Shown here: positions 1 through 14,151 of the stretch, one piece after another | Numbering within the stretch: position 1 is the first letter of the stretch | How the letters are laid out: each line of letters begins with the position of its first letter | Source: Octopus sinensis | Taxonomy: Eukaryota | Direction of reading: 5' to 3' | Length of the DNA stretch: 64,000 nucleotides | NCBI RefSeq assembly: GCF_006345805.1 | Contig: NC_042997.1 | Coordinates: 77,376,001 to 77,440,000, forward strand | Program-made: the position numbers and the translations under genes | The notes under the pieces: model-generated | The model's database searches: none | What the model saw: only the letters and a program-made list of their open reading frames with translations | Told to the model about the DNA's origin: nothing

Positions 1-997
1 TAAAATACCAGCAAAAGGTGAAAAGTTCCATTAAAATTCCCTGTTCCTTCTCCTTTATCAATTCAATATATATACATGCATGCATATGTGTATGAAACAA
101 TTGCAGTTGGATCTCAAGTAAGATGGTAGAGAAAAAAGATTCCATATGTAATGGTTTTACATGAGTAATTAGCAGTCAGTCAATTGCCCAGAAACATCAT
201 TAGTTGAGGTGAGTCTTGCAAAAGTTTATCAGCCAGACTAAGGACAGAGTGAGGAAAACAAAGTAGTTATTACTTCTTCTAGCAACAAAATGCATTCTTT
301 TTCTTCTAATAAGAGGTGAATGTATGCTGTTTAAGTACTAAAGAGGGTCACAAGATATGTGATATTAGCATGCATCAAGTGTACTAAGAGAAAAACAGCA
401 TGAACAGTAACAATCATAGTGTACAGGAGAGAATACTGCACTGGTTATACATATGAGGAATGAAGGGAATAAGTTTCATTCACATGGCTGCAAAGCAAAC
501 TTCATAGCAACACAACCTTTTGTGGAACACTTACAAACAACTGAAATCCAAAAACAAATGAAAGATGTGAGTACATTTTGTTATTTTAGTACACAGAAAA
601 ATGAAGAAGATTGTCCTGACATCAGAGAAGTAAGTACCTTTGCATTCCTCTACCCACAAATCTATTCATTCTAAATCCTCTTTGTGGGCAAAGAAATGAG
701 TAGGATAATTGTCTTCTCATAGGTGGTCAACAAACTGTGAAACATATCAGGGCACTCTTCTTTATTTCCTGAGTATGAAGAGAATAACAAGATGTATTTA
801 CAACTGTTTAAAGTTCCACAGTGAAAGGCTTAAAAACTGTAGCTTAAATAATTTGATGTATGTTTGATATAGGGGTAAAAGAGAGAGACTGACACAAGAT
901 GTAACTTACACACACATATGCAAACAAAGTGTTTCCTCCTATTTGCAATTTGAAACAAAAGACTAACAAATAATTAAAAAAACAAAATAAAATCTTA

Positions 998-1396
<399 letters not shown>

Positions 1397-4099
1397 TTAA
1401 CATCTGTCTTCCATGCTGGTATGGATTGGAGGAGAGCATTGAGTTTCAAAATTGGCTTTGGCATGGTTTCTATGACTGGATACCCTTCATTTCTTGTAAA
1501 GAGAAACTACTCACATTATAGAAGAAAGGGTGGAACCAGAAAGAGATAAAAATAGTGGTGATGAGGTGTGACAGTGCACCCTTAAGGCATGAGGTGAGTA
1601 GATGTGACTGGAGACAGAAAAACAATAAGTGTTGAGGGATGATAATAAATAGGGAAGGTAAAGAAGAGGGAAGAGTTGGTGACAACTGCAGAAATTGGGT
1701 AGGATTGCAGAGTAACGAGTGGTACCTGAGGAAAGGGAGAAGAAATGACTGACAGTATAGAAAAGGGGTGAAGAGCAGCAGAGTGGTAATAATAATATTA
1801 CAGCAAGCAGGGGGAAATGAGAGAGGGTGAAGATGATGTATAGTTAGACAGGTTATAAGAGTGTTGGGCAAGCATAGAGAGAGATGTATGGTGATAGAGA
1901 AATAATTTGGTGGCTTAGGACAGTGACCAATATAAAATGTGGGTAGAGAGGAATGAAAGATAGATAGCAAGTGAAATGATTACAGAAGGATAAGCAATAA
2001 CATGAAAAAGTATCCAGTTCTACTCACACTTAATTACAGAGCAGGATAATGCAGTTAGAGAGATGACAGGTGGATATCATACACACACCCACACATATTT
2101 GTAGGTTCATCTGGGACTGTGAACAGCAGGGGATCAAGTTGATTCTTGAAAACATCTACCCCACTACTCCATGTAGATCCCTCAGATGTTTTGGCAAGGT
2201 ATTGTTTTCTGCCTTTACATTCTGAGCTTACATTCTGCTAAGGTCAACTTTACCTTTTGAGGTCGATAAAATAAGTACCAGTTGAGCAATGGGGGTCGAT
2301 GTAATCGACTAGCTCCTCCCCCAAACTGCTGGACTTGTGGCAGAATTTAAAACCAACATTTTGTCTCTCTCATGAAAGTTTGTGGCTCACCTTTGCCTCT
2401 TCTCTCTCTCTCTCATTATTGCTTAAGGGCAAAAAGCAAATCCCACACACCTACTACTTCCTTTGATCATATCTCTCAGCTTCCCCTTATACACGCTACA
2501 AGTTGTCCTATGTTTCATATCACTTTTAATACTCTGCTCAATCAAGATAAGGACCACTTTGGGTTTCCTAGTCTTGCAAGCTGCATAGCAATTTCACTAG
2601 TGCTGGTGGCACGAAAAAAGCACTGAGTACATAATGAAAAGCAGCTGGTATTAGGAAGGGCATCCAACCACAGAAAATTATGACAAAGTTATTTTCATAA
2701 ATTCATCATTATTTTCAAAATCAATTTAAACAATAAGCTCTGCCGGTATCAATTCTTAATGCATTTTTACCCCACCCTTCTACAAACTTGGTTATTTTGA
2801 GAGATTTGCATGGGAAGTTATGAATGTGCTTCTTTATTTCACAAGCTTGGCACACAGAGAATATTTTATTCATTACTCTCACTAAGTCTGCTGTCAGTAT
2901 ACTTCTTCAAATTTTCAAAAAATCCTTTTTCATAAAAAGCTTACTCCCATTATTTCCAAAACTGTACTAAAAAAAAAGAATGGAAAAATCCCTGTCAAAA
3001 TGAAGAAATTTCAACTTATGTAGATGTCTGATCCAAAACTCTGCCATTTATAGCCATTTTTAATAGTCCATTAAAATTTCACTGTTATGGTGTCATATCC
3101 CAAAATCTCAAGATTTATTTAGCTCTTACCTACTACAAATGTGCCAAAACTCAAGTCCCTGTGGCATGTACTTTTGGATTTAAGTAGGTCTAAAAACACT
3201 GTAAAACTGACTAGTTGTGACATGTAACAAAATAGGCTTTACATAAATATTTTTAAAATTGCCAAAAAAAAAAGGCTTTCTTTCCAAGAACCTGAAAAAA
3301 AAAAGCAACTGCTATCCCATGGTCGCTATTAATTCATATAATTTGAAGGCGATTATCACCTCAGTTTCAAAAATATGGCTAGTTTTTTCAATTAAGCAAG
3401 ATTTCGACCCATTTGCTGACCATTCAGATTATCAGATTTCCTCAAATATTCATCCAAATTTCACAAATGAGGTATCAAAATGTTTCTATTTGGATGCTCT
3501 CCAAGTACAGTAGAAATTACATCTAAATATTTTTTAAGATTCATAGTGATACCTAATATAATTTTGGTAAGTAGTAATTCACATTAAAAAAAAAAATTTA
3601 GCAGCAAGAAATAACTCAAACAAGAGCACTCAGAGAGCACAAACCTCCACCAAGGCAACACCAACGTCCTCTCAACGATTAGCCAGAGACGATTTTTAAA
3701 ATGTGAATATCTGAAATAAACTCGACTGCTCTCACAAATGAGAATACTAAAAATGAGCCAGACTACTCCCAAAAATTAAATAAAGAAACGGAAAAATAAT
3801 CCAGAATCCTGGTCTAGTACCTGATCAATCTCAATGGTAGTCAAGGAATGTGAAGGTGGCTGTAGAAAATTTAGTAACAGTAATAAATAGTTTATCCTTA
3901 CAAGCCAAAGTTAACAAATTCACTATTCAAAATAGTTTCAAAGGCAGAGGTAATAATAATAAGTTCTACTCAGGAATTTTTAATGAATAGCATGAGACCT
4001 TTTGGTTTTCTCTTCTCCAGCCTTCCTTTAGTATTCCTGTTGTTTTAGATCGATGTATAGATGTATGTATATATGTAAATATACTGTAAAGTGTTTGTG

Positions 4100-5560
4100 T
4101 ATGTATAATATATATATGGGGAGAATTCACAAAAAAAAAAAGACAAAGACAGGTGTATTAGTTTAACGCTCGGGAAGTGAAAAAGTCTTTAATGTTTCGA
4201 GCCTATGCTCTTCCACAGAATGGAACTCAGAAAGAAACGAGGAGAGAAAATAAAGAATGTGTAGCAGCTAGCGATCTATCATGGCAAATGCCAGACAGAG
4301 GGGTCACACAGGAGAGCTTGGAAGAAGGGGAGATAATAAAGTAGTGGTGATCCCAAAATGAAGGTGGGCATGCGTGTGTATAAGAGAGCATGTATGTGTG
4401 TATGGAAGAGAACTGGTGACCTTGACGTGTAGGTGTGTGGATGATGGTGTGAGGCTGGGAAGTGGTCAGTGCTTGTGTGTGCATGGTGGTGTGATGTGGT
4501 GTTGAGATGTGGGGGAAGCAAGGGTGGGGTGTGGGTTAGGCTGAGGGTGGGGTATGTGGGAGTGGTTGGGATGGACAGGGAAGGTTGGGTTGGATTGTGT
4601 AGGGGTGGAGTTACAAGGGAGGGAGGCAAGAGTGGAGAGAAGGAGAGTAGGACTGAAGAGAAGAAGTAGGAGTCGGAGCAAGAGAGGAGAGGTGGGTGGG
4701 AGGAAGTAGGTGTGACAGGAAGAGAGGAGAGGGGAGGAGAATTGAGCCCATGTGGAGCAAAGAGAGAAGATTAATCTTAGTTCATGGCAAAGACATGAGT
4801 CTGGATGGCCCCTGTGCAAGGACAATTCAAACACAGACAGGTGTGGCAAAGATTGACCGGCAGAGCAAAAATGGTGCAAGACTGGGGTGTCATTGCCGAG
4901 TCGGATATTTCAGAGGTGTTCTGCGAACTGGTTAGTAAAGCGGTATCCCGTTTGCCCGATGTATAGAGAAGGGCAGAGAGAGCAGAAAATGCAGTAGATG
5001 ACATTGATAGAAGTGCAGGTGAAGGAGTCGGTGATATGATAGGGTTGATGATGGGTGCCGGTGAGGAGGATGGTGATGGAGAGGTACGGGCAAGTGCGGC
5101 AGAGTGGGTGGAAGCAGAGGAACGAGTTGGGTTAGGGAAGAAGCTGTGGACCAAGAGGTCTCGTAGGTTGTGGGCTTGTTTGAAGGAGGGGAAGGGTTGG
5201 TTAGGGAAGATGTGCGAAGTGAAGGGGTAGGACTGGAGTTGCCAGAAGGCTTGGAGAATGGTGTGGTGGTGAAATGTGTGGGTGGTGGGGTGGGGTGGTA
5301 GGTGAGGGGAGACGGGAGACTGCCGGGTGGGTGCGGGAGAGAAAGCATGGAACGTACTCTGGCAACGGCAGTGTGGATAGTGGTGAGGGGATGATGTGGC
5401 AAGCCATTAGTTGAGACTGAGTCTCAAAGTCATGGTCGTCACTGCAGAGCCTGCGTAGACGGAGGAATTAGGAATAGGGGATAGAAAGCTTGGTGTGTTT
5501 AGTGTGGGAGGAGAAGCTGAGGTATGAGTGTGAGTCTGTGTGTTTGTAGTGGATGGAGGT
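4100..5560 (-). mobile_element. Penelope-like element, 3' part with decayed GIY-YIG endonuclease and terminal repeat
   Basis: A minus frame not shown in the ORF track reads FTCTSINVIYCIFCSLCPSLYIGQTGYRFTNQFAEHL*NIRLGNDTPVLHHF (VIY 4994-5002, YIG 4955-4963). The 3' end carries a GAAGAGC-ATAG-GCTCGAAAC HHR-like relic near 4190-4215. Ends approximate. Confidence 0.8.
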
Positions 5561-6594
5561 GGTGAGAGTGGAGTGATGAATGCATGTTATTTAATTTCTG
5601 AACGGTTTTGCTGCCGTTTTTTCATGTAGTTTGATTTCTTTATCCATCATTAAAAGAGAGACACAAATAAAATTAATAATAGAGAAACAAAATTAAAACA
5701 TTTTAAAGAGCCTAAAGGAAGATAATTGAGAAAGACTTGAAAGTCAACGTAAGATTGTAATTATGTAAAGTAAATATAACAAATAATCTAGAATCCTTGT
5801 CCAGTACCAGATGATCCCAATATCTAATCAGTTCGTGCCAGTCACGTGGCCAAACATCCCTGAAAGTTTCATCCGAATCCATCCAGCGGTTCTTGAGATA
5901 TCTTGTCCATGAACAAACAAACACAACTGTAAACAATATCTCTACCTTTGCTAAAGTGGAGGTAATAAGCTAATGGCATGAATTGGGATAAATAACACTG
6001 GGGAACATGGATTTTGTTGCCTGTTGTTGGAAACATGTTTCCTAGTAATTTGGGGGTGTTGATTTCAAAAATGAAATCCATTTTGCTCTATAACATCAAG
6101 ATTTCTCACAAACTCAAAGGATAGATTTGGCTTCATCAAATGCCGACCAATGACATAACTTTGAAAACAGTTTTTCAATATCATTTAAAGTTAATGCAAC
6201 TATAAAAGTCATATTTAAGTATCTTCAGTGAATAAAAAGTGCCAAACTTGATCAACTTTCACTATTTTCAATCCAGCCTGTTATAATTGTCATGGTAATA
6301 GAAATGTTCTTTGTACAGTTAGAGGTTAATAAACAACACGTATCTGTGGTCCTTGACATCATACATGTTTCATATTTGTGGAATTTATCTGCAGATAAAT
6401 TGATTGATTTTCATGTGACTATCATTGCAAACCAGATGAAACACATTTTGTTGAACCTTTAACTATTTCTTATGAAAAGTGGAATGTTGAATGCAATCTT
6501 AATGTTTTAATTAATGACAATTCTGAAAATGCTTTTCCCAGGTGACAACTAACTGGCTTGAATATAAGTTTTGTATTTCAGAAATATAGTCAAC

Positions 6595-7235
6595 TGTGAG
6601 AGAAGAAAATGCAAAAAAGCCCCAATGTCTTCTGCTATATTTGTAGACGTTACACTTTACCTAAGCAGTGAAACAAAATCAAAACTAGGTGATCAAAACA
6701 AAGCTTGAGCACTCCATATAGTATGTAAAGTATGTGTTGAAACACTGAAACAGTGACTATTTCAAATACTTAAGCAGAAAGTTTCCAGCTTTGTCTTGAG
6801 AGAAAATTAAGGTTGGTGTGTTTGTCAGGCCACAGATTAGGAGCCTATTGCAGAACAAGCAGTTTTGGAGATCATGTCTGGCATTAAAAAAAAGCACGGA
6901 ATACTTTTGCTGCAGTTGTGTCTGATTTCCTGGGAAACAGGAAGTTGTCAAATTATGAAGAACTTGCACAGATCCTGTTAACCAGTTTTTGAGCAGTGGA
7001 CTGAATTATAAGTCTAAAAGTGCATTTCCTGCAGTTACCTGGACTACTTCCCTGAAAATCATAGTGCAATAAGTGATGACCTAGGAGGAAGATTCCATCA
7101 AGAATCCAGACCATGGAAACTAGATATCAAAGCAGGTAGAATACAAACATGATGGCTAACTACTGCTGGTCTCTGAAAAGAGACTGTCGTGATGCAAATT
7201 ATTCACACAAAGCAGTAAAGAGAAGGTTCACTCCT
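6595..7235 (+). mobile_element. Chapaev-type (CMC superfamily) DNA transposase relic, internally deleted
   Basis: RRKCKKSPNVFCYICRRYTL...KLGDQNKA*ALHIVCKVC, then KIKVGVFVRPQIR...LKVHFL..LDYFPEN...GRFHQE...MMANYCWSLKR with stops and frameshifts. Confidence 0.65.
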
Positions 7236-7386
7236 TGAGTAGATGAAGTGCCAGTTTGACAGGAATATCTGTCCTAAGATGTGTAAGTAAACATTTTGCA
7301 TAATATATTCGTTAAACAATAAAAATTACTATTTGGTTTTTGTTAGTTTCTTACATTTCAGTTTTGAATTTAGTTTTGCATCACAA

Positions 7387-9362
7387 AATCAGGTGATACA
7401 CGGAGTCATACCCAATTACTGGTGTAGCAGCATAATAGTCAACTGCTACAAAGGTAAAGGTGACGCCCTAGATACAAATAATTACAGAGGTATCAAGCTG
7501 TTGGATCAGGTAATGAAGGTTACGGAGAGGGTCATAGCCCAACTAATTAGAGAGAGAGTTAGTTTAGATGAGATGCAGTTTGGGTTCGTGCCAGGGAAAA
7601 GTACCACTGATGCTATATTCCTGGTAAGGCAGCTGCAGGAGAAATACTAAGCTAAAGATAAGCCCCTGTACCTGGCTTTTGTTGACATGGAGAAAGCCTT
7701 CGACAGGGTCCCCCGATCCCTTATCTGGTGGTCAATGAGGAAACTAGGATAGATGAGTGGTTAGTGAGAGCTGTGCGAGCCATGTACAGGGACGCCGCTA
7801 GTAAGGTGAGGGTTGGCAACAAGTACAGTGAAGAATTCCGGGTAGAGGTAGGGGTCCACCATGGCTCAGTCCTCAGCCCCCTCCTATTTATGATAGTCCT
7901 CCAGGCAATAACAGAGGAATTCAAGACAGGATGCCCCTGGGAGCTCCTCTATGCTGATGACCTTGCTCTAATTACTGAGTCACTATCAGAACTGGAGAAG
8001 TTTCAGGTGTGGAAGCAAGGATTAGAATCGAAGGACCTTAGAGCTAAAACCAAAGTCCTAATAAGTAGGAAGGTAGACAAATCACAAACGCCTTCAGGTA
8101 GATGGCCCTGCTCGATCTGTAGAAAAGGTGTAGGTAGAAACTCTATAAGATGCACCAAGTGTAAGCTATGGACACATAAGAGGTGCAGCAATGTCAAAGG
8201 AAGGCTAACTAGGAAGATAGTTTTTGTCTGTGGCAGATGCTCAGGAGCAATAAACACTGAAAATGCTCTGAGACCAACTTCTGCCACATTCCAGAGAGAA
8301 AAACTAGAAATAGTCGATAGCTTCCACTACCTAGGTGACCAAGTCAGTAGCAGGGGCGGGTGTGCTGAAAGTGTAACTGCTAGAGTAAGAATAGCTTGGT
8401 CAAAGTTCAGAGAGCTCTTACCTCTGCTGGTGACAAAACGCCTCTCGCTCAGAGTAAAAGGCAGACTGTATGACGCGTGTGTACGAACAGCCATGCTACA
8501 TGGCAGTGAAACATGGGCCGTGACTGCTGAGGATATGCGTAAGCTTGCAAGAAATGAAGCCAGTATGCTCCGATGGATGTGTAATGTCAGTGTTCATAAT
8601 CGACAGAGTGTAAGTACCTTGAGAGAAAAGTTGGACCTAAGAAGCATCAGTTGTGGTGTGCAAGAGAGACGTTTGCGCTGGTATGGTCATGTGACGAGAA
8701 TGGCTGAAGATAGTTGTGTGAAAAAGTGCCACACCCTAGCAGTTGAGGGAACCTGTAGAAGAGGCAGACCCAGGAAAACCTGGGACGAGGTGGTGAAGCA
8801 CGACCTTCGAACTTTAGGTCTCACCGAGGAAATGACTAGAGACCGAGACCTTTGGAAGTATGCTGTGCATGAGAAGACCCAGCAGGACAAGTGAGACCAT
8901 AACCCGTGGCCTCTACATGGGATGTAGCCAGTCCACTTATGCATACCTTTCCTTCTTGGGACACAAAACTCTACTTGTAAAGACCTGTTGAGGCAAGTGA
9001 AAATTGAAATCGATCAACATCAATGGAAATTGCAGTTGTGATACCAGTGCCGGTGGTACATAAGAGAACCATCCGAACATGGCTGTTGCCAGCGCCGCCC
9101 CGACTGGCCTCGTGCCGGTGGCATGTAAAAAGCACCATCCGATCGTGACCGTTTGCCAGCCTCGTCTGGCTCCTGTGCCAGTGGCACGTAAAAAGCACCC
9201 ACTACACTCACGGAGTGGTTGGCGTTAGGAAGGGTATCCAGCCGTAGAAACATTGCCAGATCAGACTGGGCCTGGTGCAGCCTTCTGGCTTCCCAGACCC
9301 CAGTTGAACCGTCCAACCCATGCTAGCAAGGAAAGCGGACGCTAAACGATGATGATGATGAT
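7387..9362 (+). mobile_element. RTE-clade LINE, 5'-truncated (RT C-half, 3'UTR, (GAT)n tail)
   Basis: YRGIKLLDQVMKV, QFGFVPG, GVHHGSVLSPLLF, YADDL, GRPRKTW; stop and frameshift near 7650-7750; ends GATGATGATGAT. Confidence 0.93.
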
Positions 9363-9983
9363 TTAATGGCAAAATTGATAATTTTTGGTAAAAAGAGAAT
9401 TCCTGTTTAATGAAAAACTTGACATGATAGAATATTTCTGAGGGAATTTCTGAACCCAAAACACTTCAAATTAGGTAGGACTAATTTTAAAAAGCAGGAC
9501 AATTAAAATTTTTCAACAATGTTCTCCAATATTATCAATAAAATAATAAAAGCAGCTGACCATCCCTATTGCTTATGGACAAACAATACAATTGTGCTTA
9601 TTCAGAGAGTAAGCTGCAGGAAAAAACTTGACATGTTAGAAGAAAATTAACTGTAATTTTGAAATCGGTAAGCAAATTTTACTCTAAATCATGTGAGAAA
9701 GCAAACTCAACAGAAATTACATTCAAAATTATTCCACTCTGCGTAATTTATAGGAATCACAGCACCAGTCAGAATAAAACATCTCAGTGAAGAAATCTAA
9801 CACATGCACAAATGTAATTCCATTGTTACAAGCCTATTATTTATGAAGTCCTTATCATCAAATAGTTTCTAAATATCTTGAAACAAATGAATCTTACTAT
9901 TAAGGCATTGTTGTGAGCTTTACAATACTGGAACTGCTTAAGATACAATATGTCTGAAACAAATTGTTGTGAAAATTACTTAC

Positions 9984-10057
9984 AAATAGACAATGTAATA
10001 TAATATAGCCCATGCTTCTTCGTGTATACCCTTGGTCTGTATAAAATGAAAGTTTAT
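9984..10057 (-). CDS. GPR107: GPR107 coding exon 9 (TM3)
   Basis: tag|INFHFIQTKGIHEEAWAILYYIVY+TT|gtaag; 74 nt; matches [25 protein letters not shown]. Confidence 0.93.
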
Positions 10058-10242
10058 CTAAAAAAAAAAAAAAGAACAATTATTTTGGAAATTGAACAGT
10101 GAGTTAATTCTACTAATTATTAATCTATAAGCGATAGTAGTCTGAGTGAAACTAGGCAAATGGAAACAGCATAGAAGCCTATTCGAAAGATTGTGCATAT
10201 AATTTAAGAGATAAAGCCTTGTCACAGACTGTGTCACACTGC

Positions 10243-13200
10243 TTAGGCATTCTCCTTGCGGAGAAATGGATGGATAAGGTCATAGAGGTTGTCAGGGTTT
10301 GCGATAGTGTGCTTAAGCTCAGGTTAGTCCTACAGAGCGGCACGGGTACGATTATCTCCGCCTATGCCCCACATGCAGGGCTATCAAATGATCAGAAGGA
10401 CCACTTTTATGATACCCTTCTACAGGCTACCTCAAAGACAAGTGGCAAGGACCTCGTCTTTGTGGGTGGAGACTTTAATGGGCATGTTGGGCGGGAATCG
10501 GGTATCTTCACTGGGGTACACGGTGGCCATGGTATTGGCACCAGAAATGATGAAGGAACTAGACGACTGGAATTCTGTGATACATGTAACCTTTTAATCT
10601 GCAACACTAACTTCAGGAATCCTGACTGCCACCTTATAACCTATCAGTCAGGGGACTCCGCAAGCCAAATAGACTTCATCCTCACCAGACAGCAGGATGC
10701 AGGGTTGCTCTTAAATACAAAGTCCCTCTCAGGTGAAGAATGTACCCCTCAGCATAGGCTAATCATTAGTGACTTTAGGCTTGAGACCAGAAGGATACCA
10801 AGAAACAGACCAATCCAGAAAAGAAGGATTTGGAAGCTAAAGAACCCTTCACATGGTCAGAGATTTAGGGACATCCTCATCAAGAAATTTGATGAGAGGG
10901 AGGAGGAGCTACAGACGTTGGACATAGAAGGTAGCAGGAAATTCCTACGGGACAGCTTGCTGAGTGCCTCAGACCAAGTCTGTGAATGGTGCAAAGTCCC
11001 TTCCAGAAATCTATTTGGCTAGCGGAGTCCCCTGACTGATAGGTTATAAGGTGGCAGTCAGGATTCCTGAAGTTAGTGTTGCAGATTAAAAGGTTACATG
11101 TATCACAGAATTCCAGTCGTCTAGTTCCTTCATCATTTCTGGTGCCAATACCATGGCCACCATGTACCCCAGTGAAGATACCCGATTCCTGCCCAATGGT
11201 AGTGGAATAGTACAGTAGACAATGCCATTAGTGCAAAGAAACAGGCCTGGAAAGCCTGGAGGGATGGAGGTAGCAGGGAACTGTACCAGGTAGCCAAAAG
11301 GGAGGCTGGGCAGCAGGTATACATAGCCAAAGATGTAGCAGAAAAGAAGAAGTTTGCCAATGTCCAGTGACGTGAGGACCAAAGAACTGAGGTATTTCGG
11401 ATTGCTAGACAGTGTGTGAGAGAAAATAGTGATGTTAGAGGAGAGAAATGTGCCCGCATGGATGATGGTGCACTTGCTTTTAATGATGGTGAAAAGAAAG
11501 AGGCTTGGAGAAGCCATTATGAAAGACTGCTGAATGTGGAGAATGAATGGGAGGAGGAGAGCCTGCCAAACGTTGACCCAGTAGAAGGACCAGCTATCCG
11601 AATAGACAGCTCCCTTGTAGTTAAGGCAATTAAGGGTATGAAACCAGGTAAAGCCCCCGGCCCATCAGGAATCACTGCTGAGATGCTTAAGACAGCTGGT
11701 TGTGTGGGCTATGGCCTAGTCACCCGCATTGTAAACCAGGTAGTTCAAATGGAGTCATACCCAATGACTGGCATAGCAGCACCATAGTCAACTGCTACAA
11801 AGGTAAAGGTGATGCTCTAGATAGAAATAACTACAGGGGTATTAAACTGTTGGATCAGGTGATGAAGGTCACAGAGAGGGTCATAACCTATCTCATTAGG
11901 GAGAGAATTTGCTTAGATGAGATGCAGTTCGGTTTTGTGCCGGGTAGAAGCACCACTGATGATATATTCCTGGTCCGACAACTTCAGGAGAAGTACCTAG
12001 CTAAAGATAAACCCCTCTACATAGCTTTTGTGGACTTGGAGAAAGCCTTTGACAGGGTCCCCCGATCCCTTATCTGGTGGTCAATGCGGAAACTGGAGAT
12101 TGACAAATGGCTACTAAGGGCTGTATAGGCCCTATACAGAGAGGCTGTCAGCAAGGTTAGGATTGGCAACGAATATAGTGAAGAATTCCGGGTAGAAGTA
12201 GGTGTACATCAAGGTTCAGCCCTCAGTCCCCTTTTATTCATCATAGTCCTCCAGGCAATAACAGAGGAATTCAAAACAGGTTGTCCCCGGGAGCTCCTCT
12301 ATACTGATGACCTGGCTCTCATAGCAGAATCACTACCGGAACTAGAAAAGAAATTTCGGGTGTGGAAGCAAGGGTTAGAATCAAAGAGCCTTAGAGTAAG
12401 TGTAGCAAAGACCAAAGTTATAGTTAGCAGAAATGTGAACTCAGCACACACCCCCTCGGGCAGGTGGCCCTGCTCGATCTGTAGAAAAGGTGTAGGTAGA
12501 AACTCCATAATATGTACATAATAAACTACACTCTCGGAGTGGTTGGCGTTAGGAAGGGCATCCAGCTGTAGAAACACTGCCAGATCTGACTGGCCTGGTG
12601 CAGCCTTCGGGCTCCCCAGACCCCAGTTGAACCGTCCAACCCATGCTAGCATGGAAAACGGACGCTAAATGATGATGATGATGATGATGTACCCAGTGTA
12701 AGCTATGGACGCATAAGAGGTGCAACATCAAAGGGAAATTAACTGACAAGATAGCTTTCATGTGCGGCAGATGCACAGGTACAATAGACACCACAGATAC
12801 TCAGAAAACAGATTCCATCACACTCCAGGGGAAGAAACTAGAAGTAGTTGATAGTTTCCGCTACCTGGGTGACCAAGTTAGTAGTGGAGGTGGATGCTCA
12901 GAGAGTGTCACCACTAGAATACGAATAGCCTGGGCAAAGTTTAGAAAGCTCCTACCCCTACTAGCGACAAAGGGTCTCTCGCTCAGAGTGAAAGGTAGAT
13001 GGTATGATGCATGTGTGCAAACTGCCATGCTTCACGGTAGTGAAACATGGGCTGTGACTGCAGAGGACATGCGTAGACTTGAAATAAATAAAGCTAACAT
13101 GATCCGCTGGATGTGTAATGTCAGTGTGCGCGCATGGCAGAGTGTAAGCACCCTGAGAGAAATGCTGGACATAAGAAGCATCAGATGTGGTGTGCAAGAG

Positions 13201-13892
13201 CGACGCTTGTGATGGTATGGTCACGTACTGCGGATGGATGAGGAGAGATGTGTGAAGAAGTGCCGCTCCTAAACAGTTGAAGGTATCAGGGGGAGAGGTA
13301 GACCCAGAAAGACATGGGATGAGGTAGTCAAGCATGACCTCAGAGTGTTGGGCCTCACAAAGGCAATGGCGAAGGACCGAGATCTCTGGAGATATGCTGT
13401 GACTGCAAAGACCCGGGCTGCTTCCTGCACCAGTCCCGCATAGCCCCTGCCAATTCAAAGTACCTTGGATTTCAGAACAACCCGCTGTGCTTGAGGAGAC
13501 CTATTGAGTCAAGTACATGAACATCGAAATAAATATCAACGGAAATAGTAGTTGTGATACCTGTGCCGGTGGCACATAAAAAGCACCATCCGAACGTGGC
13601 CGATGCCAGCGCCGCCTCGACTGGCTTCTTTGCCGGTGGCACATAAAAAGCACCATCCGAGCGTGGCCGATGCCAGCGCCGCCTTGACTGGCTTCCGTGC
13701 CAGACTCTCCTGGCACGTAAAAAGCACCCACTACACTCGCGGAGTGGTTGGCGTTAGGAAGGGCATCCAGCTGTAGAAACACTACCAGATCAGACTGGAG
13801 CCTGGTGCAGCCTCCTGGCTTCCCAGACCCCGGTCAAACCGTCCAACCCGTGCTAGCGCGGAAAACGGACATTAAACGATGATGATGATGAT
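10243..13892 (+). mobile_element. RTE-clade LINE (AP endonuclease and RT), disrupted, second subfamily
   Basis: APE motifs ISAYAPH, GDFNGHVG, SQIDFIL and ECTPQHRL, then RT; contains an internal inverted duplication (11006-11196) and a nested tail insertion (12518-12686); ends in (GAT)n. Confidence 0.93.
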
Positions 13893-14075
13893 GTCTGTAG
13901 GATACTCAGCCACTTATATGTTAATTCAGGGGCAGAAAACTGAGTTGACTGAACAACATCTTTGTAACTTTATAATTCTAAAAAATTAATTACTGTAAAA
14001 TAGGAAAAGTTGATGAACTCACAAATAGAGATCCTCTTTTTTTTTTAATCATAAAAGCCTCACAAATAAACTTAC

Positions 14076-14151
14076 AGCATGAAATAAACAGGAAATGCTT
14101 TTCACATAAACAACTCCAAGCATTAAATAATGCATTTTGTACACATCTTCA
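14076..14151 (-). CDS. GPR107: GPR107 coding exon 8 (TM2)
   Basis: cag|T+EDVYKMHYLMLGVVYVKSISCLFHA|gtaag; 76 nt; matches [24 protein letters not shown]. Confidence 0.93.

Noticed and set aside
1470-1970. 166-aa minus ORF
   Set aside because: Purine-skewed decayed retroelement-like sequence with no assignable motif.
7961-7980. CTGATGA motifs at ~7964 and ~12304
   Set aside because: They are the RT YADD/YTDD codons, with no HHR helices.
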